32,000 bases of DNA from Methylophaga frappieri (lineage in GTDB: Bacteria > Pseudomonadota > Gammaproteobacteria > Nitrosococcales > Methylophagaceae): contig NC_017856.1 of assembly GCF_000260965.1 (NCBI RefSeq), positions 2,665,466 to 2,697,465 of the forward strand, read 5' to 3'. Below, one piece after another: positions 1 through 10,801 of the stretch (the first letter of the stretch is position 1; every line of letters starts with the position of its first letter). Under the pieces are notes generated by a model. It was not told where the DNA came from. It did no database searches and worked only from the letters and a program-made list of their open reading frames with translations. Both the position numbers and the translations under genes were made by a program.

Positions 1-1
1 T

Positions 2-580
2 AAGCAAAAACTTCCTAAATTAGACAAATCATTTGCTGAGTTATGTGGTGTTGAGGGTGGCTTGGCCGCATTGAAAAAAGAAGTTCGCACCAATATGGAA
101 CGTGAACTTGCTAATACCTTAAAAAATCTCAACAAACGTCAAGCACTGGACAAATTAGCTGACAATAATCAGTTTGCACTCCCTGAAGCGGCAGTAGAAC
201 GTGAAGCTCAGCATTTGATGGAACAAGCTAAAAACAACCTGCGCCAACAAGGCGTTAACGTCGAAGGACTGCCTTTTGAGTTGGAAACCTTCAAGGGCAA
301 TGCCACAAAACGGGTTAAGCTAAGCCTGCTGGTCAGTAAAATTATCGCTGACAATGACATTAAGCCTGACGAAGATAAAGTTAAATCGGCGATTGATGCT
401 ATTGCCGCCAGTTACGAAGATCCTGAAGATGTTGTGAACTATTACCGTAACAATCAAGACAAACTTTCTGAAATTCAGATGATGGTAGTGGAAGATAGTG
501 TTGTTGATTGGATCTTTGACAATGTTAAAGTAACGGAAAAAACGTCAACGTTCTCTGAGGTGATGAACGCGGCACGGTAA
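2..580 (+). CDS. tig: Trigger factor, C-terminal portion (5' end lies upstream of the window)
   Basis: The frame of nt 2 is open from the window edge. The translation KQKLPKLDKSFAELCGVEGGLAALKKEVRTNMERELANTLKN...VKVTEKTSTFSEVMNAAR parallels the C-terminal arm of E. coli Tig as I recall it. It sits in the canonical tig-clpP-clpX-lon synteny. Confidence 0.93.
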   Translation, partial: KQKLPKLDKSFAELCGVEGGLAALKKEVRTNMERELANTLKNLNKRQALDKLADNNQFALPEAAVEREAQHLMEQAKNNLRQQGVNVEGLPFELETFKGNATKRVKLSLLVSKIIADNDIKPDEDKVKSAIDAIAASYEDPEDVVNYYRNNQDKLSEIQMMVVEDSVVDWIFDNVKVTEKTSTFSEVMNAAR

Positions 581-601
581 GTCGATTGTCAAGACTGAAT
601 C

Positions 602-641
602 AGGCCCGAGCTCAGATTACTGGGCGCGGGCTTATTTTTTT
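602..641 (+). terminator. Rho-independent terminator after tig
   Basis: Hand-folded hairpin: 602-608 pairs with 627-633 (7 bp, one G-U) and 610-615 pairs with 620-625 (6 bp, one G-U). The loop is ATTA, with a 1x1 mismatch at 609/626. An A then a T7 run follows at 634-641. Confidence 0.7.
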
Positions 642-663
642 GGGGTGAAATAACAGGAATTTT

Positions 664-1299
664 ATGAGCAATATTTTTAGTGGAGAAACCCAATCGGTCA
701 GTAATGCACTGGTTCCTATTGTTGTTGAGCAAACTTCTCGTGGAGAACGTTCTTACGACATATACTCCCGACTGCTTAAAGAACGTGTTATTTTTCTGGT
801 CGGTCAGGTTGAAGATCACATGGCCAACTTAATTGTGGCGCAACTGTTATTTCTTGAGTCGGAAAATCCGGATAAAGATATTCACTTGTATATTAATTCA
901 CCAGGTGGGGCGGTAACCGCTGGCTTGGCAATTTACGATACAATGCAATTTATCAAGCCGGATGTCAGTACGCTGTGTATTGGTCAGGCGGCTAGTATGG
1001 GGGCCTTGTTGCTGACTGCCGGTGCGGCAGGTAAACGCTTTGCTTTGCCTAACTCGCGCATGATGGTTCATCAGCCCTTAGGTGGTTTTCAAGGGCAGGC
1101 CTCTGACATTGATATTCACGCCAAAGAAATTCTTAGTATTCGTGACCGGTTAAATCGAATCATGTCACACCATACGGGTCAAAAAATTGAGCAGATCGAA
1201 AAAGACACGGATCGTGATAACTTTATGAATGGTGAGCAAGCGGCAAAATATGGCTTAATTGACTCAGTATTGACAGAAAGACCAGATACTACTTCCTGA
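664..1299 (+). CDS. clpP: ATP-dependent Clp protease proteolytic subunit
   Basis: 211 aa with active-site contexts [11 protein letters not shown] (Ser), MVHQP (His) and DTDRDNFM (Asp). An AGGA sequence lies upstream of the ATG. Synteny matches. Confidence 0.97.
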   Translation: MSNIFSGETQSVSNALVPIVVEQTSRGERSYDIYSRLLKERVIFLVGQVEDHMANLIVAQLLFLESENPDKDIHLYINSPGGAVTAGLAIYDTMQFIKPDVSTLCIGQAASMGALLLTAGAAGKRFALPNSRMMVHQPLGGFQGQASDIDIHAKEILSIRDRLNRIMSHHTGQKIEQIEKDTDRDNFMNGEQAAKYGLIDSVLTERPDTTS

Positions 1300-1326
1300 A
1301 CCCGACATCGTTAGGAATGAATTGCA

Positions 1327-2598
1327 ATGAGTGACGACAAAAAAAACGACGAGAAATTACTTTACTGTTCTTTTTGCGGCAAAAGTCAGCATGAAGTTAA
1401 AAAACTGATTGCGGGTCCTTCCGTATTCGTTTGTGATGAATGTGTCGAACTGTGCAATGACATCATTCGCGAAGAATTACAGGAACAAAAGACCGACTCG
1501 GCTGAGGCTCGACTGCCAACACCGCATGAAATCAATACGGCGTTGGATAATTATGTTATCGGTCAGGAAAAAGCGAAGCGCGTTTTATCAGTGGCTGTTT
1601 ATAACCACTACAAACGGCTTCGTCATGGGCAAAAGTCAGACGATGTTGAGCTTTCAAAAAGTAATATCCTGTTGATAGGGCCAACGGGTAGCGGTAAGAC
1701 TTTATTGGCTGAAACCTTGGCGCGTCAGTTAAATGTCCCCTTTACGATGGCCGACGCGACCACGCTGACCGAAGCCGGTTATGTGGGTGAAGACGTTGAA
1801 AACATTATTCAGAAATTACTGCAAAAATGTGATTATGACGTTGACAAAGCGGAAACGGGTATCGTCTACATCGATGAGATAGATAAAATATCCAAGAAAT
1901 CGGATAACCCGTCGATCACCCGTGATGTTTCAGGTGAAGGCGTACAGCAAGCGCTATTAAAGCTGATCGAAGGCACGATTGCATCTGTTCCACCTCAAGG
2001 CGGGCGCAAGCATCCTCAGCAGGAGTTTTTGCAGGTTGATACCAGTAAAATTTTGTTTATCTGTGGTGGCGCTTTTGCGGGACTAGATAAAGTCATTCGT
2101 AATCGATCGCACAAAGGCGGTATTGGCTTTTCAGCTGAAGTAAAAAGTGTCGAAACGCAAAGAAGCTTTAGTGAAGCCTTGCAAACCGTTGAGCCTGAAG
2201 ATTTGATTCAATATGGCTTAATCCCAGAGTTTGTTGGCCGGTTACCGGTCGTTGCGACGCTTAATGAGTTGGACGAAGCAGCATTGATTCAGATTTTGAC
2301 TGAACCCAAGAATGCTTTGACCAAACAATATCAAAAAATGTTTGAACTTGAAGAGTGTGAACTGGAGTTTCGCGAAGATGCATTACGCGCCATTGCGCAA
2401 AAAGCAATGGAACGTAAAACGGGTGCACGGGGCCTTCGTTCTATCATTGAAAATGTCCTGTTAGATACGATGTTTGATCTGCCTTCATTGAGCAGTGTGA
2501 GTAAAGCTGTAGTTGATGAAAGTGTGATTAATGGTGAAAATCCACCTATTTTGATGTATCAAGATACTGAGAAAAATCTCGCAGCAAGCGATAAATAG
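1327..2598 (+). CDS. clpX: ATP-dependent Clp protease ATP-binding subunit ClpX
   Basis: N-terminal zinc-binding [26 protein letters not shown], Walker A GPTGSGKT, Walker B VYIDEIDK and an IGF-type loop (GIGFSA). Confidence 0.97.
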   Translation: MSDDKKNDEKLLYCSFCGKSQHEVKKLIAGPSVFVCDECVELCNDIIREELQEQKTDSAEARLPTPHEINTALDNYVIGQEKAKRVLSVAVYNHYKRLRHGQKSDDVELSKSNILLIGPTGSGKTLLAETLARQLNVPFTMADATTLTEAGYVGEDVENIIQKLLQKCDYDVDKAETGIVYIDEIDKISKKSDNPSITRDVSGEGVQQALLKLIEGTIASVPPQGGRKHPQQEFLQVDTSKILFICGGAFAGLDKVIRNRSHKGGIGFSAEVKSVETQRSFSEALQTVEPEDLIQYGLIPEFVGRLPVVATLNELDEAALIQILTEPKNALTKQYQKMFELEECELEFREDALRAIAQKAMERKTGARGLRSIIENVLLDTMFDLPSLSSVSKAVVDESVINGENPPILMYQDTEKNLAASDK

Positions 2599-2620
2599 TC
2601 GTTGCTCTGCTATGCCTGAT

Positions 2621-2654
2621 ATCAAGTGGTCGAGTTCGGCCGCTTGATTTTTTT
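2621..2654 (+). terminator. Rho-independent terminator after clpX
   Basis: ATCAAGTGG (2621-2629) pairs with CCGCTTGAT (2640-2648), giving 9 bp with one G-U and a 10-nt loop. The stem runs directly into a T7 run at 2648-2654. Confidence 0.75.
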
Positions 2655-2722
2655 GTGGCTGCCCCAATATCCCTTACATCTTTAAATAATCCTGCTTATT
2701 GCAGGGCAATGAGGTTCCCTTG

Positions 2723-5152
2723 ATGGAAAATAAAACGACCACCGTGACCGAAGACACACTGGAAAAATTACCCGTGTTACCCCTGCGGGATGTTGTGGTC
2801 TATCCGCATATGGTTATTCCATTGTTTGTTGGCCGAGAAAAATCCATTAAAGCGCTTGAAGTGGCCACCGATGAAAATCAGCCTATCTTATTAGTTGCGC
2901 AAAAAGACTCTGGTGAAGATGCGCCATCTGCTGACAATCTTTACGATACCGGTACCGTTGCCAATATCCTGCAGCTTCTAAAGCTGCCTGATGGTACGGT
3001 AAAAGTACTGGTAGAAGGGACGCAACGCGCTCAAGTGACACGTATTGACGATAGTCAAGAGTATTTCGAAGCCGACATTGTCATGCTCAGTGATGCGCTT
3101 CCTGAAGAGCGAGAAGCCGATGTTCTGATGCGTACGCTACTCACGCAATTTGAGCAATACGTAAAATTAAACAAAAAAATTCCGCCTGAAGTGATTGCCT
3201 CACTTTCCGGTATAGAAGAGTCTGCGCGGATGGCAGATACAGTTGCTGCGCACATGACGCTCAAACTGGAAGATAAACAGCAATTGCTGGAGATGGCAGA
3301 CGTCAAAGAACGTATCGAAAAGCTGATGGCTTATCTGGAATCGGAAATCGATATTCAGCAAATCGAAAAGCGCATTCGTAACCGTGTCAAAAAACAAATG
3401 GAGAAAAGCCAGCGCGAGTATTATCTTAATGAGCAGCTTAAAGCTGTCCAAAAAGAGCTTGGTGAGCTTGATGAAACAGCCAACGAAAATGATGAGTTAG
3501 CTGAGAAAATTGCTGAAGCTGGCATGCCGAAAGCGGCACGTGAAAAAGCCGAGTCTGAGCTGAAAAAACTAAAAATGATGTCGCCGATGTCCGCGGAAGC
3601 GACTGTAGTGCGAAATTATATTGAGTCATTGCTTGAAGTGCCGTGGAAGAAGCGTTCCAAGGTGACGTTGGATCTGGATCGTGCTCAAACGATTCTTGAT
3701 GAAGATCATTTTGGCCTTGAAAAAGTCAAAGAACGTATTGTCGAGTATCTTGCAGTACAAAAACGGGTCAAAAAGATCAAAGGCCCTATTTTGTGTCTGG
3801 TCGGTCCACCGGGTGTGGGTAAAACGTCTATCGCGCAGTCTATCGCCAGAGCAACCAATCGTAAGTTTACGCGGATGGCACTTGGCGGCGTTCGTGACGA
3901 AGCCGAGATACGTGGTCACCGCCGCACTTACATCGGTTCAATGCCCGGCAAAGTGATGCAGAATATCGCCAAGACAGAAGTTAAAAATCCACTTTTCTTG
4001 CTGGATGAAATTGACAAAATGGCAATGGATTTTCGTGGTGATCCTGCATCAGCGTTACTTGAAGTGCTGGATCCTGAGCAAAACTCAACCTTTGCAGATC
4101 ATTATCTTGAGGTGGAATACGATCTGTCCGATGTAATGTTTGTCTGCACGGCGAATACACTGAATATCCCTGATGCATTGCGTGATCGGATGGAAATTAT
4201 TCGTTTGGCGGGTTATACCGAAGATGAAAAACTCAACATTGCGCTGCAATATCTGTTGCCAAAAGCGCTGAAAGACACAGGATTAAAACCTTCAGAAGTT
4301 GACATTACCAGCCAGGCTGTCATGGAAATTATTCGGCGCTACACCCGCGAAGCCGGCGTGCGCAGTTTACAACGTGAAATTGCCAAGGTTTGTCGAAAAG
4401 TATTGAAGCAAATTCTGAAAACGTCAGACTCAGACAAAATTGTTGTGACAGCCGATAACCTGGAAGATTATCTTGGTGTTTACCATTATCAATATGGGGT
4501 CGCTGAGGAAAGTGATCGTATTGGTCAGGTCACCGGGCTCGCCTGGACGGAAGTTGGTGGTGAGTTATTAACGATTGAATCGGCCGTGATGCCAGGCAAG
4601 GGCAAGGCAAGTTATACCGGTAAGCTGGGCGATGTCATGCAAGAATCTATTCAGGCAGCGACCACAGTAGTGCGATCTCGTGCAGCGGAGTGGGGCGTTG
4701 CAGATGATTTTATTCAAAACCATGATTTGCATATCCATGTGCCAGAAGGCGCAACGCCGAAAGATGGTCCAAGTGCTGGTATCGGAATGTGTACTGCCTT
4801 ACTGTCTGCGATTACGGGTATTCCCGTTAAAGCGAATGTCGCGATGACCGGTGAAATTACCTTGCGAGGTGAAGTTCTTGCCATTGGCGGACTAAAAGAA
4901 AAACTGCTGGCAGCGCATCGTGGGGGGATTGATACCGTTTTAATACCTAAAGATAATGTGAAAGATCTCCGAGAGATTCCGGATAATGTTAAAAAAGGAT
5001 TGAAAATCATACCGGTACGCTGGATTCAGGAAGTGCTGGAAGTGGCTTTGCAGCAATTGCCAGAGCCACGCAACACGTCTGAACCATCACCGGCCGTGAT
5101 GAGTGGTGAAAAACCGGGATTTCACGAGGTGAACACACAAAACCGGCATTAA
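2723..5152 (+). CDS. lon: Lon protease (LonA)
   Basis: N-terminal LON substrate-binding domain (LPVLPLRDVVVYPHMVIPLFVGREKS), Walker A GPPGVGKTS, Walker B LLDEIDK and protease serine PKDGPSAG. I prefer ATG 2723 (MENKTT, GAGG 8 nt upstream) over the track's TTG at 2699. Confidence 0.95.
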   Translation: MENKTTTVTEDTLEKLPVLPLRDVVVYPHMVIPLFVGREKSIKALEVATDENQPILLVAQKDSGEDAPSADNLYDTGTVANILQLLKLPDGTVKVLVEGTQRAQVTRIDDSQEYFEADIVMLSDALPEEREADVLMRTLLTQFEQYVKLNKKIPPEVIASLSGIEESARMADTVAAHMTLKLEDKQQLLEMADVKERIEKLMAYLESEIDIQQIEKRIRNRVKKQMEKSQREYYLNEQLKAVQKELGELDETANENDELAEKIAEAGMPKAAREKAESELKKLKMMSPMSAEATVVRNYIESLLEVPWKKRSKVTLDLDRAQTILDEDHFGLEKVKERIVEYLAVQKRVKKIKGPILCLVGPPGVGKTSIAQSIARATNRKFTRMALGGVRDEAEIRGHRRTYIGSMPGKVMQNIAKTEVKNPLFLLDEIDKMAMDFRGDPASALLEVLDPEQNSTFADHYLEVEYDLSDVMFVCTANTLNIPDALRDRMEIIRLAGYTEDEKLNIALQYLLPKALKDTGLKPSEVDITSQAVMEIIRRYTREAGVRSLQREIAKVCRKVLKQILKTSDSDKIVVTADNLEDYLGVYHYQYGVAEESDRIGQVTGLAWTEVGGELLTIESAVMPGKGKASYTGKLGDVMQESIQAATTVVRSRAAEWGVADDFIQNHDLHIHVPEGATPKDGPSAGIGMCTALLSAITGIPVKANVAMTGEITLRGEVLAIGGLKEKLLAAHRGGIDTVLIPKDNVKDLREIPDNVKKGLKIIPVRWIQEVLEVALQQLPEPRNTSEPSPAVMSGEKPGFHEVNTQNRH

Positions 5153-5169
5153 TTTAACGGGGAACAGTC

Positions 5170-5907
5170 ATGACACCGACGCAACAACAACGCCTGATAG
5201 GTGCCGCAGTTTTGCTGCTGATTATTGTGGCTTTAGCCTTTACGGTGTTGAACAAAGTGGGTGAACATCAGCGTGAAAAGGATGTCACGCTACCTGAACC
5301 AATTGACTTTACTTCGGTTATTGAGCCACTCGAATCGACTCCGCCAACGGAAACAATGGTGGATGCGGACACCTTGAAAGACGCAGATCCCCTCGCTGAA
5401 AATGACTCGGAAAGTTTACCTGACAGGGTAAGTCAAGCCACTGAAGCTGATCCGGAGCAAGTGACAACGTCAGCAGCAGCTGATGTTGAAAGTGAATTCA
5501 ACGAATCATCATCAAGCGCATCCGAGCAGGAGAATCTGCCATCACCAGTACCGACGCCAAAACCGGTTGAAAAAGTGCCAGCGACACCGGAAACGGCTCA
5601 GTCGTCAGTTTCGGCCGATGCTAACAAAAACGAAACAGCGCTGACGTCGACAACGGTTGATTCGACGTCACCCACTGAGCGTTGGCAAGTTCAACTCGGC
5701 AGTTTTTCAGTTCAGGAAAATGCCTTAACGCTGCAGAATAAGGCAAAACAAGCGGGATTCGAGGCGCATATTGAAAAAATAACCCTCGCGGGCGTGGTGA
5801 ATTATCGTGTGCGCATGCCTTCATCGGCTAACCGGTCCGCTGCAGATGATTTGGCAGCAAAACTGGCCCAAGCCCTCAATATTAAAACTCAAGTGATGCA
5901 ACCCTGA
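5170..5907 (+). CDS. SPOR-domain membrane protein, DedD-like by architecture and position
   Basis: N-terminal TM anchor (LIGAAVLLLIIVALAFTVL), then a long acidic S/T/P/E-rich linker. The C-terminal SPOR-like domain reads WQVQLGSFSVQENALTLQNKAKQAGFEAHIEKITLAGVVNYRVRM. It sits directly upstream of cvpA-purF, as dedD does in E. coli. Confidence 0.8.
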   Translation: MTPTQQQRLIGAAVLLLIIVALAFTVLNKVGEHQREKDVTLPEPIDFTSVIEPLESTPPTETMVDADTLKDADPLAENDSESLPDRVSQATEADPEQVTTSAAADVESEFNESSSSASEQENLPSPVPTPKPVEKVPATPETAQSSVSADANKNETALTSTTVDSTSPTERWQVQLGSFSVQENALTLQNKAKQAGFEAHIEKITLAGVVNYRVRMPSSANRSAADDLAAKLAQALNIKTQVMQP

Positions 5908-6008
5908 TTTTATTAGTCGGCCCTTGTCTCGATTTCGATATTTTTCTGTGGCTAGTCTGGGCAATCTGTTAAAATACGCTTTTAGTTTGCAGCGTGGTGA
6001 CATCGTCG

Positions 6009-6497
6009 ATGAACTGGGTTGATTTTCTGATTATCGCCATAATTCTGCTGTCCGCTGGTATTAGTATTATTAGAGGCTTCGTCCGGGAAGTATTATCTTT
6101 GATAAGCTGGGTGTTGGCTTTTTGGGTAGCGCTGACTTTCTATACCTATCTGGCCGGCCTTCTTGTCCCTTATATTGATACTCTTTCAATACGTTTGTTT
6201 GCGGCATTTTTTGTGTTGTTTGCGGTGACCTTGATCTTGGGTGCACTGGTAAATCACACGATTGCTCAGCTCGTTGATAAAACCGGATTAAGTGGTACCG
6301 ATCGTGCACTTGGCGTGATTTTTGGTTTATTGCGTGGCATCGCTATTGTCACTGTGCTGGTGATTCTGGCTGGTCTGACACCAATGCCAACTGACGATTG
6401 GTGGCAGAATGCCCTGTTGTTGCCACAATTTGAAAGGCTGGCAACTTGGGCATTAGGTTTTGTGCCGGCTGATATTGCTGCGCATGTCAATTTTTAA
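6009..6497 (+). CDS. cvpA: Colicin V production protein CvpA (membrane protein)
   Basis: About 160-aa polytopic membrane protein starting [28 protein letters not shown]. It has the conserved position between the dedD-like gene and purF. ATG 6009 is preferred over the track's GTG at 5994. Confidence 0.88.
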   Translation: MNWVDFLIIAIILLSAGISIIRGFVREVLSLISWVLAFWVALTFYTYLAGLLVPYIDTLSIRLFAAFFVLFAVTLILGALVNHTIAQLVDKTGLSGTDRALGVIFGLLRGIAIVTVLVILAGLTPMPTDDWWQNALLLPQFERLATWALGFVPADIAAHVNF

Positions 6498-6520
6498 TTC
6501 ATCCTGGCAGGACTGATTTT

Positions 6521-8029
6521 ATGTGTGGAATTATTGGTATTGTCGCCCATACCGAAGTCAATCAGGCTTTGTATGACGGGCTGACCATTCAGCAGCATCG
6601 CGGACAGGATGCGGCGGGTATCATGACCTGTGATGCTGCGGGGCGCTTTTATCTGCGAAAAGATAATGGTTTGGTTAAAGATGTTTTCCACACACGCCAC
6701 ATGATTCGCCTTAAAGGTAACATGGGTATTGGTCACATTCGCTATCCAACAGCGGGATGTTCTACGTCAGCGGAAAGTCAGCCTTTCTATGTTAATTCTC
6801 CTTATGGGATTGCATTGGCCCATAACGGCAATTTAACTAACACGAAGTTATTAACCGATCAGCTCTTTAAAAGCGATCGCCGGCACCTGAATACCAATTC
6901 TGATTCTGAAGTGTTATTGAATGTGTTGGCGCATGAATTACAGACTTCAGCAAAATTACAGCCTCAACCCGAAGATATTTTCAACGCTGTGGCGCAAGTT
7001 CATAAGCGTTGTAAAGGTGCTTATGCCGCCGTGGCTATGATTGCTGGCGTGGGGATGTTGGCCTTTCGTGATCCCTATGGCATTAGGCCGGCGGTGATTG
7101 GTTATCGAGATACGGCCGATGGTCGAGATTATATGGTGGCTTCAGAAAGTGTCGCCATTGATTCTCAGGATTATCATTTATTGCGTGATATAGAGCCAGG
7201 CGAGTGTGTTTTTATTGATAACCAAGGTCAATTTCACAGTCAGCAGTGTGCTGATAATCCGATAAAGTCGCCCTGTATTTTCGAATATGTCTATTTTGCG
7301 CGACCTGATTCGATGATGGATGGGATTTCTGTTCATAAAAGCCGGATGCGTATGGGCACCAAGTTGGCGGAAAAAATCACCCGTGAGTGGCCAGACCATG
7401 ATATCGATGTGGTCATCCCAATTCCGGATACGAGTCGCAGTGCGGCTCTGCAGCTCTCATATGACTTGGGGGTTATTTATCGTGAAGGCTTTATCAAAAA
7501 TCGCTACATTGGCCGCACCTTTATTATGCCCGGTCAAACCCAGAGGAAAAAATCAGTTCGTCAAAAGCTCAATCCAATCGGTTTAGAGTTTCAAGGCAAA
7601 AATGTGTTGTTGGTCGACGATTCGATTGTCAGAGGTACCACCTCGCAACAAATTGTCCAGATGGCTAGGGATGCCGGCGCCAAAAAAGTCTATCTTGCCT
7701 CAGCTGCGCCGCCCGTTCGCTTTCCCAATGTCTACGGCATTGACATGCCTTCGCCGGCAGAGTTTGTTGCTCATAACAGAGATGTCGATCACATTGCCGA
7801 AGAGCTCGGCGTGGATAAGCTGATTTATCAGGATTTAGCAGATCTAGTGGCGGCAATTAACAAAAAAAGCGAGGTCACCTGTTTTGATACTTCCTGTTTT
7901 GATGGGGATTATATTACCGGTGATATCGATGCAGATTACTTGTATTACATTGATGCTTTGCGTAATGATAATTCTAAGCAGGATAATCAAAAAAATAATG
8001 CGATTATCGAGCTGCACAATGACGCTTAG
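6521..8029 (+). CDS. purF: Amidophosphoribosyltransferase
   Basis: Ntn nucleophile MCGIIGI at the N-terminus and a PRPP-binding loop [14 protein letters not shown]. Confidence 0.97.
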   Translation: MCGIIGIVAHTEVNQALYDGLTIQQHRGQDAAGIMTCDAAGRFYLRKDNGLVKDVFHTRHMIRLKGNMGIGHIRYPTAGCSTSAESQPFYVNSPYGIALAHNGNLTNTKLLTDQLFKSDRRHLNTNSDSEVLLNVLAHELQTSAKLQPQPEDIFNAVAQVHKRCKGAYAAVAMIAGVGMLAFRDPYGIRPAVIGYRDTADGRDYMVASESVAIDSQDYHLLRDIEPGECVFIDNQGQFHSQQCADNPIKSPCIFEYVYFARPDSMMDGISVHKSRMRMGTKLAEKITREWPDHDIDVVIPIPDTSRSAALQLSYDLGVIYREGFIKNRYIGRTFIMPGQTQRKKSVRQKLNPIGLEFQGKNVLLVDDSIVRGTTSQQIVQMARDAGAKKVYLASAAPPVRFPNVYGIDMPSPAEFVAHNRDVDHIAEELGVDKLIYQDLADLVAAINKKSEVTCFDTSCFDGDYITGDIDADYLYYIDALRNDNSKQDNQKNNAIIELHNDA

Positions 8030-8071
8030 ATTTTGCTGTTTAAGCTGAATTCTTATATAATCCCGTCGATT

Positions 8072-8590
8072 ATGCACCAACAATTGCCCAAAGACATCGA
8101 TCCCGTGCGTTTTGCGCACAATGGCTTGTATTTACAAGGGCAAATTCCACTGTCGTCAATGCGCAGACTTACCGAATTGCTGGTGAGTAGTGATGGTGAA
8201 GTGGCGGTTGAAATGCAGTTTGATATTGATGAGACTGGCTTGCCTTTTATGCGAGGCAGGTTCAAGACATCGGTTCAGCTTGAGTGTGAGCGCTGCTTGT
8301 CACCGATGACCTTGGTTCTGGACTTGCAATCTTTGCTGGGTATTGTTCGGTTTGAACATGCTGTAGAAGGATTGGCGGAACAATACGAACCGTGGGTGCT
8401 GGATGATGCAAAAACTGTCAATCCCGCTGATGTTGTTGAGGATGAATTGATATTAGCACTGCCGATAGTGCCAAAACATGATTTTGCCTGTCTGCCAGAT
8501 GAACATTGGCAAGCAGGTGAGACTGAAATTGAAGTTGAAAAACCAGCTTCACCTTTTGCTGTGTTAGCAGCATTAAAAACGAAAAAATAA
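8072..8590 (+). CDS. yceD: YceD/DUF177 family large-subunit ribosome maturation protein
   Basis: About 170 aa containing CERCL...VPKH...C. It lies immediately upstream of rpmF-plsX, as in most Proteobacteria. ATG 8072 is preferred over the track start at 8033. Confidence 0.85.
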   Translation: MHQQLPKDIDPVRFAHNGLYLQGQIPLSSMRRLTELLVSSDGEVAVEMQFDIDETGLPFMRGRFKTSVQLECERCLSPMTLVLDLQSLLGIVRFEHAVEGLAEQYEPWVLDDAKTVNPADVVEDELILALPIVPKHDFACLPDEHWQAGETEIEVEKPASPFAVLAALKTKK

Positions 8591-8614
8591 TTTATTTGGT
8601 TTAGGAGTTAACCC

Positions 8615-8794
8615 ATGGCGGTTCAAAAGAGTAAAAAAAGTCAATCACGTCGCGGTATGCGCCGTTCACATGATGCATTGTCTTCAACTACGTTGGCAGT
8701 AGACAGCACATCAGGTGAGTTGCACCGTCGTCATCATGTTACTGCTGACGGTTTTTACCGTGGCCGCAAGGTTGTCGCTGATAAGAGCGAATAA
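8615..8794 (+). CDS. rpmF: 50S ribosomal protein L32
   Basis: Not in the ORF track because it is under 60 aa. My hand translation is [59 protein letters not shown] with stop TAA at 8792-8794. A GGAG sequence lies 8 nt upstream. Position is the conserved yceD-rpmF-plsX slot. Confidence 0.95.
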   Translation: MAVQKSKKSQSRRGMRRSHDALSSTTLAVDSTSGELHRRHHVTADGFYRGRKVVADKSE

Positions 8795-8805
8795 GGTGAT
8801 AAGCA

Positions 8806-9825
8806 TTGACGCTTAAAATCGCTATCGATGCAATGGGCGGGGATCACGGACCTCAGGTTGTGATCCCCGCTGCCATATCAGCATTACAAAAACACGCTGA
8901 CGTGGAACTGATCCTTGTCGGTGATAAATCGGTATTGGAGCCGGCTTTAGCAGAACATCATTCTGACGAAGTGGCGCGTTTGCAAATACATCATGCTTCT
9001 CAGCTTGTCGCAATGGATGAGTCCCCGGCTAGTGCACTGCGGACGAAGAAAGATTCTTCAATGCGCGTTGCTATTGATTTGGTTAAGCAGGGCATCGCTG
9101 CAGCCAGTGTCAGTGCTGGCAATACTGGTGCGTTGATGGCAACCGCGCGATTTGTATTGAAAACGCTACCTGGTATTGAGCGACCGGCAATCATTACTGC
9201 TATTCCCACCATGACTGGGCATACCTATGTGTTGGATTTGGGCGCGAATGTGGATTCCAGCGCAGCGCATCTCGTTCAGTTCGCGTTAATGGGCTCTGTG
9301 TTGGCGAGCATTGTTGACGGTAAAAAACAGCCCAGTGTCGGTTTGTTGAACATTGGCTCGGAAGAAATCAAGGGTAACGAACGTGTCAAAGAAGCGTCAC
9401 GTCTCTTGGCTGACAGCGATCTGAATTATCAGGGCTTTGTAGAAGGCGATGGCTTATATCACGGCGAGGTTGACGTCTTGGTTTGCGATGGTTTTGTTGG
9501 CAACGTTCTGCTGAAAGGCAGTGAAGGCGTTGCCCATATGATTCGCCATTATTTGAAGCAATCTTTTATGCGAAATTGGCTGACAAAACTCTCCGGACTG
9601 ATCGCTGGGCCGGTGTTAAAACATTTTCGCCGCGAGCTGGATCCCCGCGCTTACAACGGTGCTAATTTAATTGGCTTGCAGGGTATTGTGATTAAGAGTC
9701 ATGGCGGTGCAGACAGTTTTGCTTTTGCTAATGCGATTAATATTGCCATTATCGAAGCGCGTAAAGATTTACCCAACCAGATCAGCAAACAACTTGAAAC
9801 CTTAATCGAGGGCCAGGTGCTGTGA
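8806..9825 (+). CDS. plsX: Phosphate acyltransferase PlsX
   Basis: TTG start, with N-terminus [16 protein letters not shown] typical of PlsX. Synteny matches. Confidence 0.95.
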   Translation: MTLKIAIDAMGGDHGPQVVIPAAISALQKHADVELILVGDKSVLEPALAEHHSDEVARLQIHHASQLVAMDESPASALRTKKDSSMRVAIDLVKQGIAAASVSAGNTGALMATARFVLKTLPGIERPAIITAIPTMTGHTYVLDLGANVDSSAAHLVQFALMGSVLASIVDGKKQPSVGLLNIGSEEIKGNERVKEASRLLADSDLNYQGFVEGDGLYHGEVDVLVCDGFVGNVLLKGSEGVAHMIRHYLKQSFMRNWLTKLSGLIAGPVLKHFRRELDPRAYNGANLIGLQGIVIKSHGGADSFAFANAINIAIIEARKDLPNQISKQLETLIEGQVL

Positions 9826-10781
9826 CCTATTCTCGAATCATTGGTACAGGTAGTTATTTACCAGAAAACATTCTGACCAATACAGATTTGGAACAGCGTG
9901 TTGATACCAGTGACCAATGGATTCGTGAGCGGACAGGTATTATCAAACGTCATATTGCGGCTGATGATGAAACAACCACCGATTTGGCGACCCAAGCTGC
10001 GCGGAAAGCAATTGAAGCGGCTGGTATTGCGACTGACAGTATTGATTTGATTATCGTCGCCACAACAACACCAACCCGTATTTTTCCGAGTACTGCTGCA
10101 TTGGTTCAGCATGAGTTGGGTATTCAGGGTTGTCCGGCATTTGATATTCAGGCAGTGTGCACCGGATTTGTATACGCACTGACGGTCGCAGACCAATTTA
10201 TTCGCAATGGTTCCGCGCAGAATGTGTTGGTTATTGGTGCTGAAACTTTATCTCGAATTGTTGATTGGACCGATAGAAACACCTGCGTTCTGTTTGGTGA
10301 TGGTGCTGGCGCTGTTGTGATGCAAGCCAGCGAAACGCCAGGCGTATTAGCAACGCATATTCATTGTGATGGCAGTTACAATCAACTTCTTCATGTACCT
10401 ACGGGTCCTGGTGCTGTGGTCAGTGAGGATGCCGCCTATATTGATATGCAGGGTAACGAAGTATTCAAGGTTGCCGTGAAAACCCTGAGCAGTATTGTTG
10501 ATGAGACCCTTGCTGCTAGTCAGCTTGAAAAACAGGATATTGATTGGTTGGTACCACATCAAGCAAATATTCGGATTATTGCTGCGACAGCGAGAAAGCT
10601 GAATATGCCGATGGAAAAAGTCGTGGTGACGGTAGATCAGCATGGCAATACGTCAGCGGCTTCTATCCCGTTGGCACTGGACACAGCAGTGCGTGATGGT
10701 CGTATTCGACGCGGTGAAACCTTGCTTCTGGAAGCGTTTGGTGGCGGTTTCACCTGGGGCTCAGCCTTAATTCAGTTTTAA
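9822..10781 (+). CDS. fabH: 3-oxoacyl-ACP synthase III
   Basis: GTG start overlaps the plsX stop (GTGA). N-terminus is [20 protein letters not shown]. Catalytic contexts are AVCTGF (Cys), PHQANIRI (His) and GNTSAAS (Asn). Confidence 0.96.
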   Translation: MTYSRIIGTGSYLPENILTNTDLEQRVDTSDQWIRERTGIIKRHIAADDETTTDLATQAARKAIEAAGIATDSIDLIIVATTTPTRIFPSTAALVQHELGIQGCPAFDIQAVCTGFVYALTVADQFIRNGSAQNVLVIGAETLSRIVDWTDRNTCVLFGDGAGAVVMQASETPGVLATHIHCDGSYNQLLHVPTGPGAVVSEDAAYIDMQGNEVFKVAVKTLSSIVDETLAASQLEKQDIDWLVPHQANIRIIAATARKLNMPMEKVVVTVDQHGNTSAASIPLALDTAVRDGRIRRGETLLLEAFGGGFTWGSALIQF

Positions 10782-10801
10782 ATCTAACTCAGGAAGTTTA
10801 C

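Noticed and set aside
589-819. A 76-aa minus-strand ORF across the tig-clpP intergenic region and the clpP 5' end. It stands for the many similar antisense track ORFs: 2485-2667, 3055-3306, 3200-3451, 3438-3629, 3626-3919, 3981-4178, 4714-5010, 5621-5824, 5821-6003, 6070-6309, 6266-6490, 6494-6736, 7178-7399, 7665-7856, 7844-8119, 8053-8265, 8822-9013, 9000-9212, 9858-10196, 10347-10643, 10798-11010, 12370-12564, 12904-13158, 14711-14935, 14969-15202, 15678-15935, 16136-16396, 17125-17325, 17834-18016, 18048-18230, 19146-19346, 19755-19937, 20455-20652, 20546-20767, 20996-21190, 21410-21595, 22767-23045, 23196-23393, 25811-26008, 26312-26521, 26356-26553, 28066-28251, 28379-28657, 29043-29234, 29462-29749 and 30398-30637.
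   Set aside because: All lie antisense to strongly conserved, motif-bearing genes. Their translations are low-complexity or Cys/Arg/Ser-rich with no recognisable family. These are shadow ORFs.
1409-1675. Same-strand out-of-frame ORFs inside real genes: 1409-1675 in clpX, 3681-3956 in lon, 7320-7586 and 7602-7823 in purF, 11514-11726 in fabD, 16445-16636 in tmk, 16682-16882 in holB, 18019-18216 in ycfH, 21556-21765 and 21747-21986 in ccoG, 26859-27047 in hsdM and 29569-29784 in hsdR. On the opposite strand to their host genes: 23872-24159 (acuI) and 25169-25375 (ribA).
   Set aside because: These are alternative frames of well-supported genes with no independent coding signal.
5642-5670. A 9-bp inverted repeat TGACGTCGA...TCGACGTCA inside the SPOR-protein gene.
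   Set aside because: It falls in the repetitive S/T/D-rich linker coding region (LTSTTVDSTSPT). It is most likely a by-product of repeated codons, with no flanking signal.
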